Shown here in pieces: positions 8,715 to 18,652 of a stretch of 23,256 bases of DNA; position 1 is the stretch's first letter; every line of letters starts with the position of its first letter. Both the position numbers and the translations under genes were made by a program. Under the pieces are notes generated by a model. The model made no database searches. It saw only the letters and a program-made list of their open reading frames with translations, and was not told the DNA's origin. Origin of the DNA: Candidatus Bathyarchaeota archaeon (GTDB lineage: Archaea; Thermoproteota; Bathyarchaeia; Bathyarchaeales; Bathycorpusculaceae); NCBI GenBank assembly GCA_963811105.1, contig CAWEPZ010000005.1, positions 1-23,256 on the forward strand, read 5' to 3'.

Positions 8715-10346
8715 TTAGCTCACTTTTGCTTTTCGGTAGATTTGTTGCGGGTCAGAGAAGTAGTCTAAGACAAGTTTTGAGACTTGTTCGTATGAACGCA
8801 AGTGTTTTCTTACCATGTACTCTAAAATTGTCTGTCTCATTTCTAATTCTTGGTCAATTTCTTCTGTGGAGTATCCCCATTGAGAAGCGATTCTATCTAG
8901 CAGGGGACTTCTTGCAACTTTTTCATAGGTATCTTTTTCGGTGTTCCAAGTGAATATGTCTTGAATCTTGAAGTCATTTTTCTCTTTGTCCCAACCGACC
9001 ATTTCTGAAACGCTAATTGTTCTTCTCAGAGAGACGTTGTTTACCACTAGTCGTCGGACGATGGAGATAGCGTTCAAGTTTTCGACTTGCGTTTGAGGGA
9101 TGTTCATAGGTTTAGTTGTAAGTCTGTGAAGAACACCCTGTACGTGTTCTGCGTGTATTGTTGTTAGGCCTAAGTGTCCTGTTGCCATGGCCTGGAATAG
9201 TGCATAGGCTTCCTCGCCTCTAATTTCGCCTACTATAATGAAGTCGGGTCTTTGTCTTAGAGCCGCTCTCAGCAAATCGAACATGCTAATGCTACCGATT
9301 CCAGCTTCACCTACGGCTCCTGCGCCGGTACCTAAGCCCTGCCTCGTCACCATCATTTCCCAGTTTTGATGAGGCAATCGAATTTCTTGAGTGTCTTCAA
9401 TGCTTACTATTTTCAGGGTTGGCCTAATGAATAGGCTGATGGCATTTAGCATGGAAGTTTTTCCGCCACCGATGTCGCCGCCGATCATTACTGAATGACG
9501 GTTCTCAATTAAGAACCAGTAATAAGCTGCGATTTCTGGTGACAGTGCTTTGTATATGATTAAATCGGCTATGGTAAGGGGGCTCTTCTTGAATTTTCTG
9601 ATCGTAAAAGTACTGCCTTTAGGTGTAACTTCCGTCCCATACGTTACTTGAGCCCGGCTGCCATCTGTTAATGTTCCATCTAAAATAGGTTGGGCGATTG
9701 AGATGTGTCTACCGCAAAGGTAAGCAAGTTTAAAGACAAAGTTTTCAAGTTCCTGATTAGTTTCGAATTTTATGTTAGATGGAATGGATTCGTATTTTCT
9801 ATGCCAAACGAAAATTGGCGAGTTTGTTCCATCGCAGGAGACGTCTTCAATGTTTTCGTCTCGCATGATGCCATCAATTTTTCCAAAACCCAAAAAATCT
9901 CTCGCAATAAAATACTGATATTTACCCAAAGTGTTTGCATCAACATTAATGCGATACTTTATGGCCGTATCCAAAATCTTGAATTTTAAGAACTCATCTG
10001 CTTCCTCTCCAGACTTAAAATTCTTCGTATTGATAGTAAGTTCATCCCAGAGGATACTTTTGAGTTCAGATAGCAATTGTTTGTCTATTTCAGTTAACGT
10101 GGGTTCTAAAAGAGAATATTTAACCTCGTTCTTTTCGTCTTCAACGATTGCTGCATAGGAAAAGGGAAGCAAAAGAGGATAATGTTCTTTGAATGTTTCA
10201 GGTACTTCGGAACCTACAGCCGCGTCTGTGTGACTTTCCACAGCAGGACCTGGTGTATCCGCATCTATGACTGAGGAATTTTCTAAAGGTGACTGTGATT
10301 GCACTGGTTTCTTTTCCCGTTTCCAAATCTTCAAGTTAGCGACCAC
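8715..10346 (-). CDS. Type II/IV secretion-family pilus assembly ATPase (PilB/VirB11/FlaI family)
   Basis: Walker A GDIGGGKTS, Asp box SIEDTQE, Walker B LRQRPDFIIVGEIRG, His box GH...TTIHA. Also IEDVSCDG and FTIRKF motifs. Confidence 0.96.
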   Translation of the reverse strand: MVANLKIWKREKKPVQSQSPLENSSVIDADTPGPAVESHTDAAVGSEVPETFKEHYPLLLPFSYAAIVEDEKNEVKYSLLEPTLTEIDKQLLSELKSILWDELTINTKNFKSGEEADEFLKFKILDTAIKYRINVDANTLGKYQYFIARDFLGFGKIDGIMRDENIEDVSCDGTNSPIFVWHRKYESIPSNIKFETNQELENFVFKLAYLCGRHISIAQPILDGTLTDGSRAQVTYGTEVTPKGSTFTIRKFKKSPLTIADLIIYKALSPEIAAYYWFLIENRHSVMIGGDIGGGKTSMLNAISLFIRPTLKIVSIEDTQEIRLPHQNWEMMVTRQGLGTGAGAVGEAGIGSISMFDLLRAALRQRPDFIIVGEIRGEEAYALFQAMATGHLGLTTIHAEHVQGVLHRLTTKPMNIPQTQVENLNAISIVRRLVVNNVSLRRTISVSEMVGWDKEKNDFKIQDIFTWNTEKDTYEKVARSPLLDRIASQWGYSTEEIDQELEMRQTILEYMVRKHLRSYEQVSKLVLDYFSDPQQIYRKAKVS

Positions 10347-10366
10347 TGAACTTCATTCCTTAAGAG

Positions 10367-10386
10367 TCCATATAAACCATGTAATT
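10367..10386 (-). promoter_or_regulatory. Putative promoter of the ATPase operon, probably giving a leaderless transcript
   Basis: AATTACATGGTTTATATGGA on the minus strand. The TATA box begins 30 nt before GTG 10346. Confidence 0.6.
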
Positions 10387-10626
10387 ATTTTTTTTATTAT
10401 TAGGAAAATGTTGCACTTGTCTTGAAGCCCTCTGGAAAGATAGCGAAAAAAAATGCTGTCCATGAGACAATTGAGTAATGACTTTTGTGTTTATTCGATT
10501 TTTAGCCTCCTTATTCTAATAGAAGGAAAAAAATTGGCCGTAAAGGAATTCTTATTGGATGAGTTACATCGAAGTCGGAGCGCCCGCAATATTCACGACC
10601 ATCAATTCTAAATAAAATTTTGGCGG

Positions 10627-13600
10627 TTAACCCGTTCTCGTTATACCGATTCCAACTATCCCTACGTAATCGTTTGAGACGCTGGAAGTAACAGTGGCTG
10701 TTTGGGTCGTTTGGTGTCCTATTGCACTAAAGTTGCTGCTGTCTTGAACATCTATAGTAGCTGTGGAGAGGGTTATGTGACCGTTCCCGACGGAACCGCC
10801 GAATATGTTGTAGTTGGCACCTGCAGGCAGCGTTAACGACGCCGATGATGTCGTTCCACTATTATGATTGTGAGTGACTGTATACGTACCAGGAGTGAAG
10901 ACGTAGACTGTAATCGAAATCCCGGTATTGGGGTGTCCTTGGCAAGTTATTGTGTATGTGCCGGAAGCCTGAGCTGGATTTACTGAGATGTAGGCTGAAT
11001 ACTGGTTACTGACAGTTTGCGACTCCTGAAGGGTAAAACCTGCCGGAGGGGTAACACTTGTTAGATCATAATAGCCACCCATTACGACAATTACTACGTA
11101 CGAGTTAGACTGCGCTACCGAATATTGAAGAGTGGTCGAACTGGCGACTGCATATTTGGTGGTTATTGTTGGCTGGATAAACAACGGAATGACATTAAAT
11201 GTGTTGCTTGCACCTGTGTGGCTACTGCCATCATTCGCCGTAATGGTGTAACCTGAACCAGTTGCGGCAGACACTGTAACAGTACTGGACGTCCAAACAC
11301 CAGCAGTCCAACCTGTAGTGCTCGCACTCGTTGGGTTAATGGTCGACCCTGTTCCAGAAACTGACAAACCTACAGAACTCGAGTAGCTCGTGACCGTATT
11401 GCCGTAAGCATCCTGAGCCGTCACCGTAAGAGTAAAGGCTGTACCCGCAGTTATAGAAGCAGGAGCATTCACGGCAAACTTACTCAGACCACCAGCAACA
11501 ATATTGAACGCGTTGCTTGTCCCAGACTTTCCTAGGCCAGTTGCAGTGATCGCGTCGTTTGTCCAAGTCTTCGTTAGGGTTACTGAGCCAGTCCATACAC
11601 CAGTTGTAAAAGCGCCAGTAGAGGTCGGACTGATCGCTCCTGAAAGGTCGCTAAGCGTTGCTGTACCTGCGTAACCGATGATTGTGTTACCACTTGCATC
11701 TTTAGCAGTAATAGATATGCTGAATGCTGAACCTGCTGTTTGAGTGCCAATGTTTCCCCCGCCTGAGGCAGTAACAATGAAGTGGTCAAGTTGAGTGAAA
11801 GCGACGGTTATTGTTCCCGCAGCATTGATATTGGCTGTTGTCGAAGCTGACGTGGGACTGGCAATGGTTATTCCAGATGTGGCGCTCCATGATGAGAAAT
11901 AGTAACCGCCATTTGCAGTCACAGATATTGGAAGCGATCCAGCATTTTCCCAGACATTGGTTCCAGAGGGACTCGTTGTTCCGCTCCCAGAGGGGCTAAC
12001 TGCAAACGTAACTCGATACTGAGTTGTATAAGTTGCGGAGAATGTTGCAGCAGCAGCTATTGGTGAGTTGCCTGAACCACCAGTCTTAACGAACTGTTCA
12101 CCATTAATGCCTGCAACTGGAGACGCCCAGCTAAACGAGGTTCCGGTATCAACCCAAACATTATTCGGTAAGGCGTTGTAGACATAAGGTAAACTGTTTA
12201 ATGTTAGTACCATGTTGCTGCCTGCATCGCTACTTACTCCAGTTTGAGTGAAAGTTACTTGGTACTGAGTTACAGAGGTTGCCGTTACAAATTCATGGTT
12301 TGCTATTGACCCAGAGAAAACTGTTACCGAGCCAGTTGTTGAAACCGGGTTGTTAATGCCACCATTCAGAACATATCCTGTTAGTCGAGTTCCTGTTCCG
12401 CTACCTTGTCCCCAGACGCCATTCAGAACCACGGTCACAGGGGTGTTACTATCATACCAGTAATTGTCAAAGCTAATTGTAGGGTTGGTTATTGAATTCA
12501 ATGCAGATGTTGAAGTTGCATCCAGAGTAACTTGATATTGGGTTGCCGTTGTGGTTGTGATAGTTTGGGGTGCTGAGATAGCGATTGCGTTTAGAATAGT
12601 GAAGGTTCCTGTTGTGCTCACTGGATTATTGGAACCCCCGTTAACTGAGTATCCAGTGATTCTTGTTCCTGAACCACCTGATCGGCCATAAACGCCATTA
12701 AGAATCAAAGTAATTGGTGTACCCGAGTCATACCAATAGTTGTCTCCAGAGATTTTCGGTGAAGTAATGCTACTCAAAGCTGATGTACCTCCAGAATCCA
12801 AAATTACCTGATACTGAGTGACAGTGTTGAAGTTGATAGCATGGTAAGTTGTCATAGAGATTGAGGATGTCGTGACAATGCTCGTGCTTGATAAAACGGT
12901 ATTGCTTCCACCATCAACGTTCCATGAAGCTACTCGCTGCCCAGAACCAGCTGAACGGCTCCAGACGCCATTACTACTGACTGTCGTTGAACCACCAGAA
13001 TCATACCAGGAATCTGATGTGGGCGATACCGTGCCATAAGTAATACCGTTTCCGCCAGACACTGTTAAGTAGTATTGGGTAACTGAGGAAAAGCTAACAG
13101 TGTGAGAAGTTGTCATTGAAACAGATGAAGTAGTTAAAGTCCCCGTGTTTAAGCGTGCAGGATTTCTGTTAGTACCATCGATTGCATAATTTACTATTGC
13201 TGTTCTTGACTGGCCAGAAACTGTATTCCAAACCCAGTTTGAAGAGATAGTTGTACTAGTTCCTGAGTCATACCACTGGTCACTGGTGGGCGAAGCAGTT
13301 CCAAATGTTAACGAGCTTCCTCCAGTAACTGTTAGATAGTACTGTGTGGTGGAAACAAAATTTACTGTGTGAGTGGCAGACATAGGAATCGAAGATGTTG
13401 TCAAAGTACCTGTATTCTGTCTTGGCGGATTTTGATTTGTGCCATCGAGCTGCCAATTAGATAATGATGTACGTGTTGAACCAGAAGTACCCCAGGCCCA
13501 ATTGGATGAAACTGTAGTAGACATACCGTTATCATACCAGTTATCACCAGTAGGACTAGCAGTCCCAAAAGTAACACCGTTACCACCATTAACCGTCAAC

Positions 13601-16600
13601 AAATACTGAGTTATTGAGGAGAAAGTTACTGAGTGAGCAGTAGACATAGATACACTAGAGGTACTTACAGAACCTGTAGCTGCAATATTACTAACTGTAC
13701 CAGAATCTATCTGCCAAGACGACACTCTCTGACCAGTGCCAGAAACCCTGTTGTAAATGCCGTTAGATGAAACTGTAGTAGACACACCGTTATCATACCA
13801 GTTATCACCAGTAGGACTAGCAGTCCCAAAAGTAACACCGTTACCACCATTAACCGTCAACAAATACTGATGATAATAGGTAAATGTTAGAAGCCCAGTT
13901 CCGGCTGTAGTAGGCGAAGAAACGGAGATTGTACCTGAAACGGTCTGTCTCGAAGCCCACCGTTCACTGGATCCAGAACCTCCAAGAGGATTCGTAGCAC
14001 TCCACGAATGTGCATTATCGAACCAGAAAGTAACCAAGCTATTGCCAAGCGTCGGGGTGTATACTGAATTAAATTGAGTTGTGGTCAATGTAGGCGCAGT
14101 CGGCGAACCGCTTCCTGACACTGCATAGTCAAGCTGGAAAGAGTACTGATTATAATATATCTGTGTGTAGGGGTTGTTGCCAGCAGTCAAAGCAGCGGTT
14201 GAGTAAGCTCCGTTTATTGCCCATCTTTGACTCGAACTACTCAAAGCTGTGTTTGCCGGGAAAGTAACGGCCGTGTTATAATCACTCCAAAGAGACAGGC
14301 TCCAACCATTAACGGAATTAAGGGTCCCAATAGTGTACGCGGCTGTACCCAGATATGTCCCTTTCAAAGTAAGAGAATCGCCACTTCCAGCATTACCACC
14401 ATTGTACGTGACACTGAAAGTATTCTGCACTTGCTCGAATCCAGCGACTGTAACAGGGGTAACTGAGGCTGTGTAAGAAATTGAACTCGCAGAGAAAGCG
14501 CTTGCCACAATAAAACCGTTTCGAACATTGCCACTGTTAGAGAAAGACAGATTGAACGGGGACCCTGCAAACATGATTATAGAATGTGAGACCCCATCAG
14601 CTCCGAAGGTATTTGGATTAGGATTGCCTCCATTCACTGTGACAGTTGCACTTGGAGCTGAATTGCTCATGGCAACGGTGACACTCTGTGTAACTGTATT
14701 TACTGTGTAGGTGTTGCTACCAAGGTTTGAGGCAGCATCGGAGATGGTAACCGTTTGAACACTTCCTATTGCCCAAGTTGACACCCAAGTTGGCACAGTG
14801 AAGGTCGCCCCAGTAAACGCGCCAGAAGAATTTGTACTTGTTGTGCCGCCAAGAGTGACTGTAGATCCCGCAAACTTTAATGCAATAGCTGAGTTGGCAG
14901 CAAATCCTGAACCTGATAGTGTAACAGTTGAACCTACATTACCGCTGGTGGGGTTTAGGGCGATCGAGGGGGTCACAGCAAATTGAGAAGTAGCAGAATT
15001 TGAATTAGCGTCGGTGACCACGACGTTTTTTGCTCCAGCTATTTGACCCGTGGGAATAGTGAAAATAGCACTGAAGAAGCCAAAGCCATCTGTGTTGATC
15101 GTGATGGGATTTGTGACAACTGTTGCACCAGCAAAAGTGATGATCAGGGATTGAGAAGCGGCAAAGCCGGTACCATAAACAGTAACAAGTGAGCCAATTG
15201 GACCACTTGTCGGGTTCAATGTTATTGAAGGTATTACATTGAAATTGGCAAAGGCAGAATTGATTCCATCACTCGCCATAACCGGGTTAATGCCCGCCGA
15301 ATCATTAAAATTAAAAATAAAAGTTGCTGAGAACGAGCCAGTCGAATCCGCTACTATCGGAGAAGGATTTGTTGCTGTAGGGTTTCCAGCGAAGTTGATG
15401 TTAATTGTTGAATTATCAATAAAGTTCGAACCAGTTACGGTTACAGTAGTTCCAACTTGGCCATTCGTCGGACTTATTGTTATGTTGGGAGTGGTAACGA
15501 GGAAAGTAGTATTTACGTAATTGAAATTCTTGTCGATGATGGTGACAGTTTTGTTGCTTGGGGTCACGCCCATAGGCACAGTGAATATGGCATTGGGTGG
15601 GATTGTGCCGTTCGAGTCAGTAGTAGCACTAAAAGGCACTTGTGAGCCGTCAAAAACAGCCAAAAGTGGAGAGTTGGCGGCTAAACCTTGACCAGAAACT
15701 GTAACTGGTTGACCAACAGGACCACTGGAAGGGGAAAGACTTACAGGAGTGGATGGAGTTACGACCACCAATTTCACAGCATCTACGATTATGGCCCAAT
15801 TCTTGGTGGAGGTAAAAGTGCAATTTACCGATAAGTTGGTTCGTGGATTCTGCATAATAGCCCATTCACTCCATACAGATCTGGGAAGAGCATCAGGTTC
15901 TCCTGTTGCCCCGTACGAACTTTGTACAGGCATAATTTCTGCGAAATCTGTTCCAGGAGTTATGTCGGGGTTTAGAGAGTCGATACATAAGGCACCAATT
16001 ATAAATTCGTTCGAGTTGTAAGTAGTGATTTTATCTTGCGGCATAGCAGATTTGCCTATGTCGGTTTGTGGTGCTCCTTTATCAAATGGAGAAGTTGTGT
16101 TAACATCACTAATTGCAAAGGCTAAAGCCGAACAATAGTAATCGCTTATTTCATCAGTAGTTGATTTAATGTAGATAGTTATCGGACCAGGTGAGGGTTT
16201 GATAGCATAATAAGTTCCCAGAGTACTATCACCGTTCATACCCCACTCAGAATCTGTATCTGATGAATTAATTCGATTAATCCAAGTTAGAACAGGATTT
16301 GAATTCAGGGGGGTTAGGTAATTCTCATCATCGTATGAAACTACAACATAGATTAGTTGATTAGGTTTTGTTGTTGTAAGAGATAGCTGCAAAGGAGTAC
16401 TAGTAGTTGCGTAAGTAGAGTTGACAGCATTTACTCCTGGGAAGTTCCCGTCTTGTACTAAACCATTAAATTGATTAGTTTCTGGAAAAGCTGAAATTGT
16501 GTTCCCCCTAGTTGATATGAACCAAAAAGCAAACTGATCAGAAGACGATGCGTTTACAACATAAGAAGAATTGAAATATTGAATATAAGTACCGGGTTGG

Positions 16601-16956
16601 ATAATAATTGACGGAGTTATTATCATATTGCCAACTGTGTCCTGCGTTATGTCTCTAATCCATAATCGCACCAATTGAGCGGGAAGCGTTCCATTGTTGG
16701 TAATGCTACAACTAATGTAGACATTTTGATTTAATACAGCTATTTCTGGGTTAGAAACTGATACAGTTGCAAGTTCAGTGTAACGATCCAAATCCAACTG
16801 TTTGGCTTGGACTGTAGTCTGTTCGAGACCAGTGTTTTGATTGAGAATAACTATGAAACTAGCAAAAACAACCATAACTATGAGTAAGAAAAATACCATG
16901 CCGAATACTGTGCCGATTCCTTTATTGTTTATTCGTAGTTTATGGTGTAAATTCAT
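10627..16956 (-). CDS. Giant (~2109 aa) pilin-like adhesin: class III signal peptide, pilin domain, 4 IPT/TIG-like repeats, QY..WYD beta repeats and Ig-like domains
   Basis: ATG 16956 gives MNLHHKLRINNKG|IGTVFGMVFFLLIVMVVFASFIVIL, followed by a minor-pilin-like ITNNG..LVRLWI..STRGN region. It has four (L/I)xPxxGxxGxxVTVxGxxF-type repeats and six WYD repeats. It is S/T/G-rich, lacks a C-terminal transmembrane helix, and overlaps the upstream pilin by 17 bp. Confidence 0.85.
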   Translation of the reverse strand: MNLHHKLRINNKGIGTVFGMVFFLLIVMVVFASFIVILNQNTGLEQTTVQAKQLDLDRYTELATVSVSNPEIAVLNQNVYISCSITNNGTLPAQLVRLWIRDITQDTVGNMIITPSIIIQPGTYIQYFNSSYVVNASSSDQFAFWFISTRGNTISAFPETNQFNGLVQDGNFPGVNAVNSTYATTSTPLQLSLTTTKPNQLIYVVVSYDDENYLTPLNSNPVLTWINRINSSDTDSEWGMNGDSTLGTYYAIKPSPGPITIYIKSTTDEISDYYCSALAFAISDVNTTSPFDKGAPQTDIGKSAMPQDKITTYNSNEFIIGALCIDSLNPDITPGTDFAEIMPVQSSYGATGEPDALPRSVWSEWAIMQNPRTNLSVNCTFTSTKNWAIIVDAVKLVVVTPSTPVSLSPSSGPVGQPVTVSGQGLAANSPLLAVFDGSQVPFSATTDSNGTIPPNAIFTVPMGVTPSNKTVTIIDKNFNYVNTTFLVTTPNITISPTNGQVGTTVTVTGSNFIDNSTININFAGNPTATNPSPIVADSTGSFSATFIFNFNDSAGINPVMASDGINSAFANFNVIPSITLNPTSGPIGSLVTVYGTGFAASQSLIITFAGATVVTNPITINTDGFGFFSAIFTIPTGQIAGAKNVVVTDANSNSATSQFAVTPSIALNPTSGNVGSTVTLSGSGFAANSAIALKFAGSTVTLGGTTSTNSSGAFTGATFTVPTWVSTWAIGSVQTVTISDAASNLGSNTYTVNTVTQSVTVAMSNSAPSATVTVNGGNPNPNTFGADGVSHSIIMFAGSPFNLSFSNSGNVRNGFIVASAFSASSISYTASVTPVTVAGFEQVQNTFSVTYNGGNAGSGDSLTLKGTYLGTAAYTIGTLNSVNGWSLSLWSDYNTAVTFPANTALSSSSQRWAINGAYSTAALTAGNNPYTQIYYNQYSFQLDYAVSGSGSPTAPTLTTTQFNSVYTPTLGNSLVTFWFDNAHSWSATNPLGGSGSSERWASRQTVSGTISVSSPTTAGTGLLTFTYYHQYLLTVNGGNGVTFGTASPTGDNWYDNGVSTTVSSNGIYNRVSGTGQRVSSWQIDSGTVSNIAATGSVSTSSVSMSTAHSVTFSSITQYLLTVNGGNGVTFGTASPTGDNWYDNGMSTTVSSNWAWGTSGSTRTSLSNWQLDGTNQNPPRQNTGTLTTSSIPMSATHTVNFVSTTQYYLTVTGGSSLTFGTASPTSDQWYDSGTSTTISSNWVWNTVSGQSRTAIVNYAIDGTNRNPARLNTGTLTTSSVSMTTSHTVSFSSVTQYYLTVSGGNGITYGTVSPTSDSWYDSGGSTTVSSNGVWSRSAGSGQRVASWNVDGGSNTVLSSTSIVTTSSISMTTYHAINFNTVTQYQVILDSGGTSALSSITSPKISGDNYWYDSGTPITLILNGVYGRSGGSGTRITGYSVNGGSNNPVSTTGTFTILNAIAISAPQTITTTTATQYQVTLDATSTSALNSITNPTISFDNYWYDSNTPVTVVLNGVWGQGSGTGTRLTGYVLNGGINNPVSTTGSVTVFSGSIANHEFVTATSVTQYQVTFTQTGVSSDAGSNMVLTLNSLPYVYNALPNNVWVDTGTSFSWASPVAGINGEQFVKTGGSGNSPIAAAATFSATYTTQYRVTFAVSPSGSGTTSPSGTNVWENAGSLPISVTANGGYYFSSWSATSGITIASPTSASTTANINAAGTITVAFTQLDHFIVTASGGGNIGTQTAGSAFSISITAKDASGNTIIGYAGTATLSDLSGAISPTSTGAFTTGVWTGSVTLTKTWTNDAITATGLGKSGTSNAFNIVAGGLSKFAVNAPASITAGTAFTLTVTAQDAYGNTVTSYSSSVGLSVSGTGSTINPTSASTTGWTAGVWTSSTVTVSAATGSGYTITANDGSSHTGASNTFNVIPLFIQPTITTKYAVASSTTLQYSVAQSNSYVVIVVMGGYYDLTSVTPPAGFTLQESQTVSNQYSAYISVNPAQASGTYTITCQGHPNTGISITVYVFTPGTYTVTHNHNSGTTSSASLTLPAGANYNIFGGSVGNGHITLSTATIDVQDSSNFSAIGHQTTQTATVTSSVSNDYVGIVGIGITRTG
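13505..13870. repeat. 105-bp near-identical direct repeat (13505-13609 and 13766-13870) inside the giant gene
   Basis: Manual alignment gives 104/105 identity with an offset of 261 bp (87 codons). The single mismatch is 13524 T vs 13785 C (Met/Val). Confidence 0.92.
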
Positions 16957-17485
16957 AGTCAAAAGCACTTCCACTTTGGGTTATTAGATGAATAGTGTAA
17001 ATTGAACCAATTTTAAGAGAAGGAACAATTACGCTTGGGTTAACAAAAAAGAGTGCTTCTTTTCCAATGTTAAGAGCATTTCCAGTAATCGATGTAGGAG
17101 AAGGTTTAACAGAAGTAATGGGGTACAAAGCTGAAATTTGACTACCTGAATAAACGCCCACGATAGCATGATTTGTGTCGTAGATGAACATGGAGTCTAT
17201 TTTTACGCTATTGGAACCTCCAGAATTAATAATGTAAACTGTCAAATTTGCTGGAGATGGCGAATAGACGACGTTTTCGAAACCGATCCGCTCTGCAATC
17301 GATTGCTGACTGTTGGATAAGGTACTAGCATAATTGTTGGTAGCAGTAGTAGTTGCATTGCTTGAATAATAATAAGCGACTGAACCAAAAAGAAGGATAA
17401 TCGCCGCTAACAAAACTGTTGCAAATATTGGACTCAGCGCACGTTTATCTTGTGACCAAACATTAGTTTTTCTCAAATACAACAC
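16940..17485 (-). CDS. Minor type IV pilin with a class III signal peptide
   Basis: DKRA|LSPIFATVLLAAIILLFGSVAYYY, followed by ERIGFE, VYIINSG and ITQSGS motifs typical of archaeal pilins. Confidence 0.88.
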   Translation of the reverse strand: MLYLRKTNVWSQDKRALSPIFATVLLAAIILLFGSVAYYYSSNATTTATNNYASTLSNSQQSIAERIGFENVVYSPSPANLTVYIINSGGSNSVKIDSMFIYDTNHAIVGVYSGSQISALYPITSVKPSPTSITGNALNIGKEALFFVNPSVIVPSLKIGSIYTIHLITQSGSAFDYEFTP

Positions 17486-17859
17486 CCAACATCAAACCTA
17501 ATACTATTCCTCTCTTTTTGCAACAATTCTAGCTGAAACTTCATTTTTCTACGTTTTCCAGCAGTTCATTAAAAGAGTTAACTAATAAACACCGTTTTTT
17601 CTAACGAAGAACAATTCAGTTAAGCAAAAATTCCGATTTCGTAAGTTGCAGGTCCTCAATAATATATTCCAAGTTTCTTTGAAGTATGCCTGTTGCCTTA
17701 GAAAGGTTGATTTGTATGTCTACTTTTGGGCTTTCAGAAAAAGGAAGATTACGATTTAGATTTTAAGACGAGACTTCTAGATTATCAAGAAAGTTATCAA
17801 ACAAACTATTAACCTGCGCTAAGAAATTTGTCGAACAACATAAAGCAAATAAAAACGCG

Positions 17860-18333
17860 TTAATTCGCTACGATTATGGATGAAGTGAAACTGCTACCTT
17901 TTGTACTTATAACAGTTAAAGAGTAAGCATTTCCTTTAGTTACGCCAGTTAAAGTAAGTTGTCCTGAACCGATTTGCACTAGGGCTCCTGATGAGGGGAG
18001 GGACTTAGAATACGGCGAAGTTGGTGATGGATTAATTGTTGTAACCACTTTTCCATTTGCATCTTTAATAATAACACTAGAGACCAAGACATTAACACCG
18101 CTTTTGCTCTCAGCATACACATTCACAGCGCTTGTTCCGGCTCCCTTAACAGTTATTGAAGCGACTAATACGGAAACTCTTTCTGTTCCTCCTGTTCCAC
18201 TGCCAGTAAGAGTTGAAAAAGTTCCACTAGTAAACATGTAAATAACTACGCTAGCAATAACTACAATTGCAATTAGAATGAGAGCTGCAAATATTGGTGA
18301 TATACCTTTTAGATTATGTCTAAAATTCTTCAA
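17860..18333 (-). CDS. Type IV pilin, paralogue of 18652..19107
   Basis: NLKG|ISPIFAALILIAIVVIASVVIYMF. The start is uncertain (track 18384); TTG 18333 gives a normal short basic leader and lies downstream of GGTGAGGAG. Confidence 0.88.
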   Translation of the reverse strand: MKNFRHNLKGISPIFAALILIAIVVIASVVIYMFTSGTFSTLTGSGTGGTERVSVLVASITVKGAGTSAVNVYAESKSGVNVLVSSVIIKDANGKVVTTINPSPTSPYSKSLPSSGALVQIGSGQLTLTGVTKGNAYSLTVISTKGSSFTSSIIVAN

Positions 18334-18613
18334 ATTTCCTATGCCGCTCCTCACCAAAGTTCTTTCGTAAAACTTTATTCCCAATTATTTGATTATAAAC
18401 TATATTTCCAATTAAGAAATATGTCCGCAGACAAAACAGAGCAAAGATAAAAACAAACAATAGTGAACCACATAGTAGGACAAATCGTCTAAAGGGCGGG
18501 ACTTATTGAAAATGAATTTAAAAAGCTGGAAAAACAAGAACAAAATGGTTCTATAAATTAAATTCCTCCCCGCTAACTCTCTTCTTGCCTTTATTAAAAA
18601 TCGTTTATTCACT

Positions 18614-18652
18614 AAAAAATAAAAAGAAAAATAAATTAGCGGAAAAACCGCT
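18614..18652 (-). terminator. Putative terminator after the first pilin gene
   Basis: A short hairpin AGCGG-TTTTT-CCGCT at the stop codon is followed by a long T-rich tract on the minus strand. Confidence 0.55.

Noticed and set aside
9452-9481. Unusual Walker A GDIGGGKTS as a sign of an inactive ATPase
   Set aside because: It still fits GxxxxGK[T/S], and the Asp box, Walker B and His box are intact.
13505-13870. Repeat pair as a diversity-generating retroelement template/variable region
   Set aside because: There is only one mismatch, both copies are in-frame coding repeats, and no reverse transcriptase is in the window.
17616-17762. Stop-free minus-strand stretch (NLNRNLPF...LQRNLEYIIEDLQLTKSEFLLN*) in the 374-bp gap between pilins
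   Set aside because: It is preceded by an in-frame stop, has no start codon near its 5' end and shows no recognisable motif.
18412-18612. 66-aa hydrophobic minus-strand ORF from the track
   Set aside because: It starts just after a terminator-like T tract, its hydrophobicity reflects T-richness, and it has no SD or family motif.
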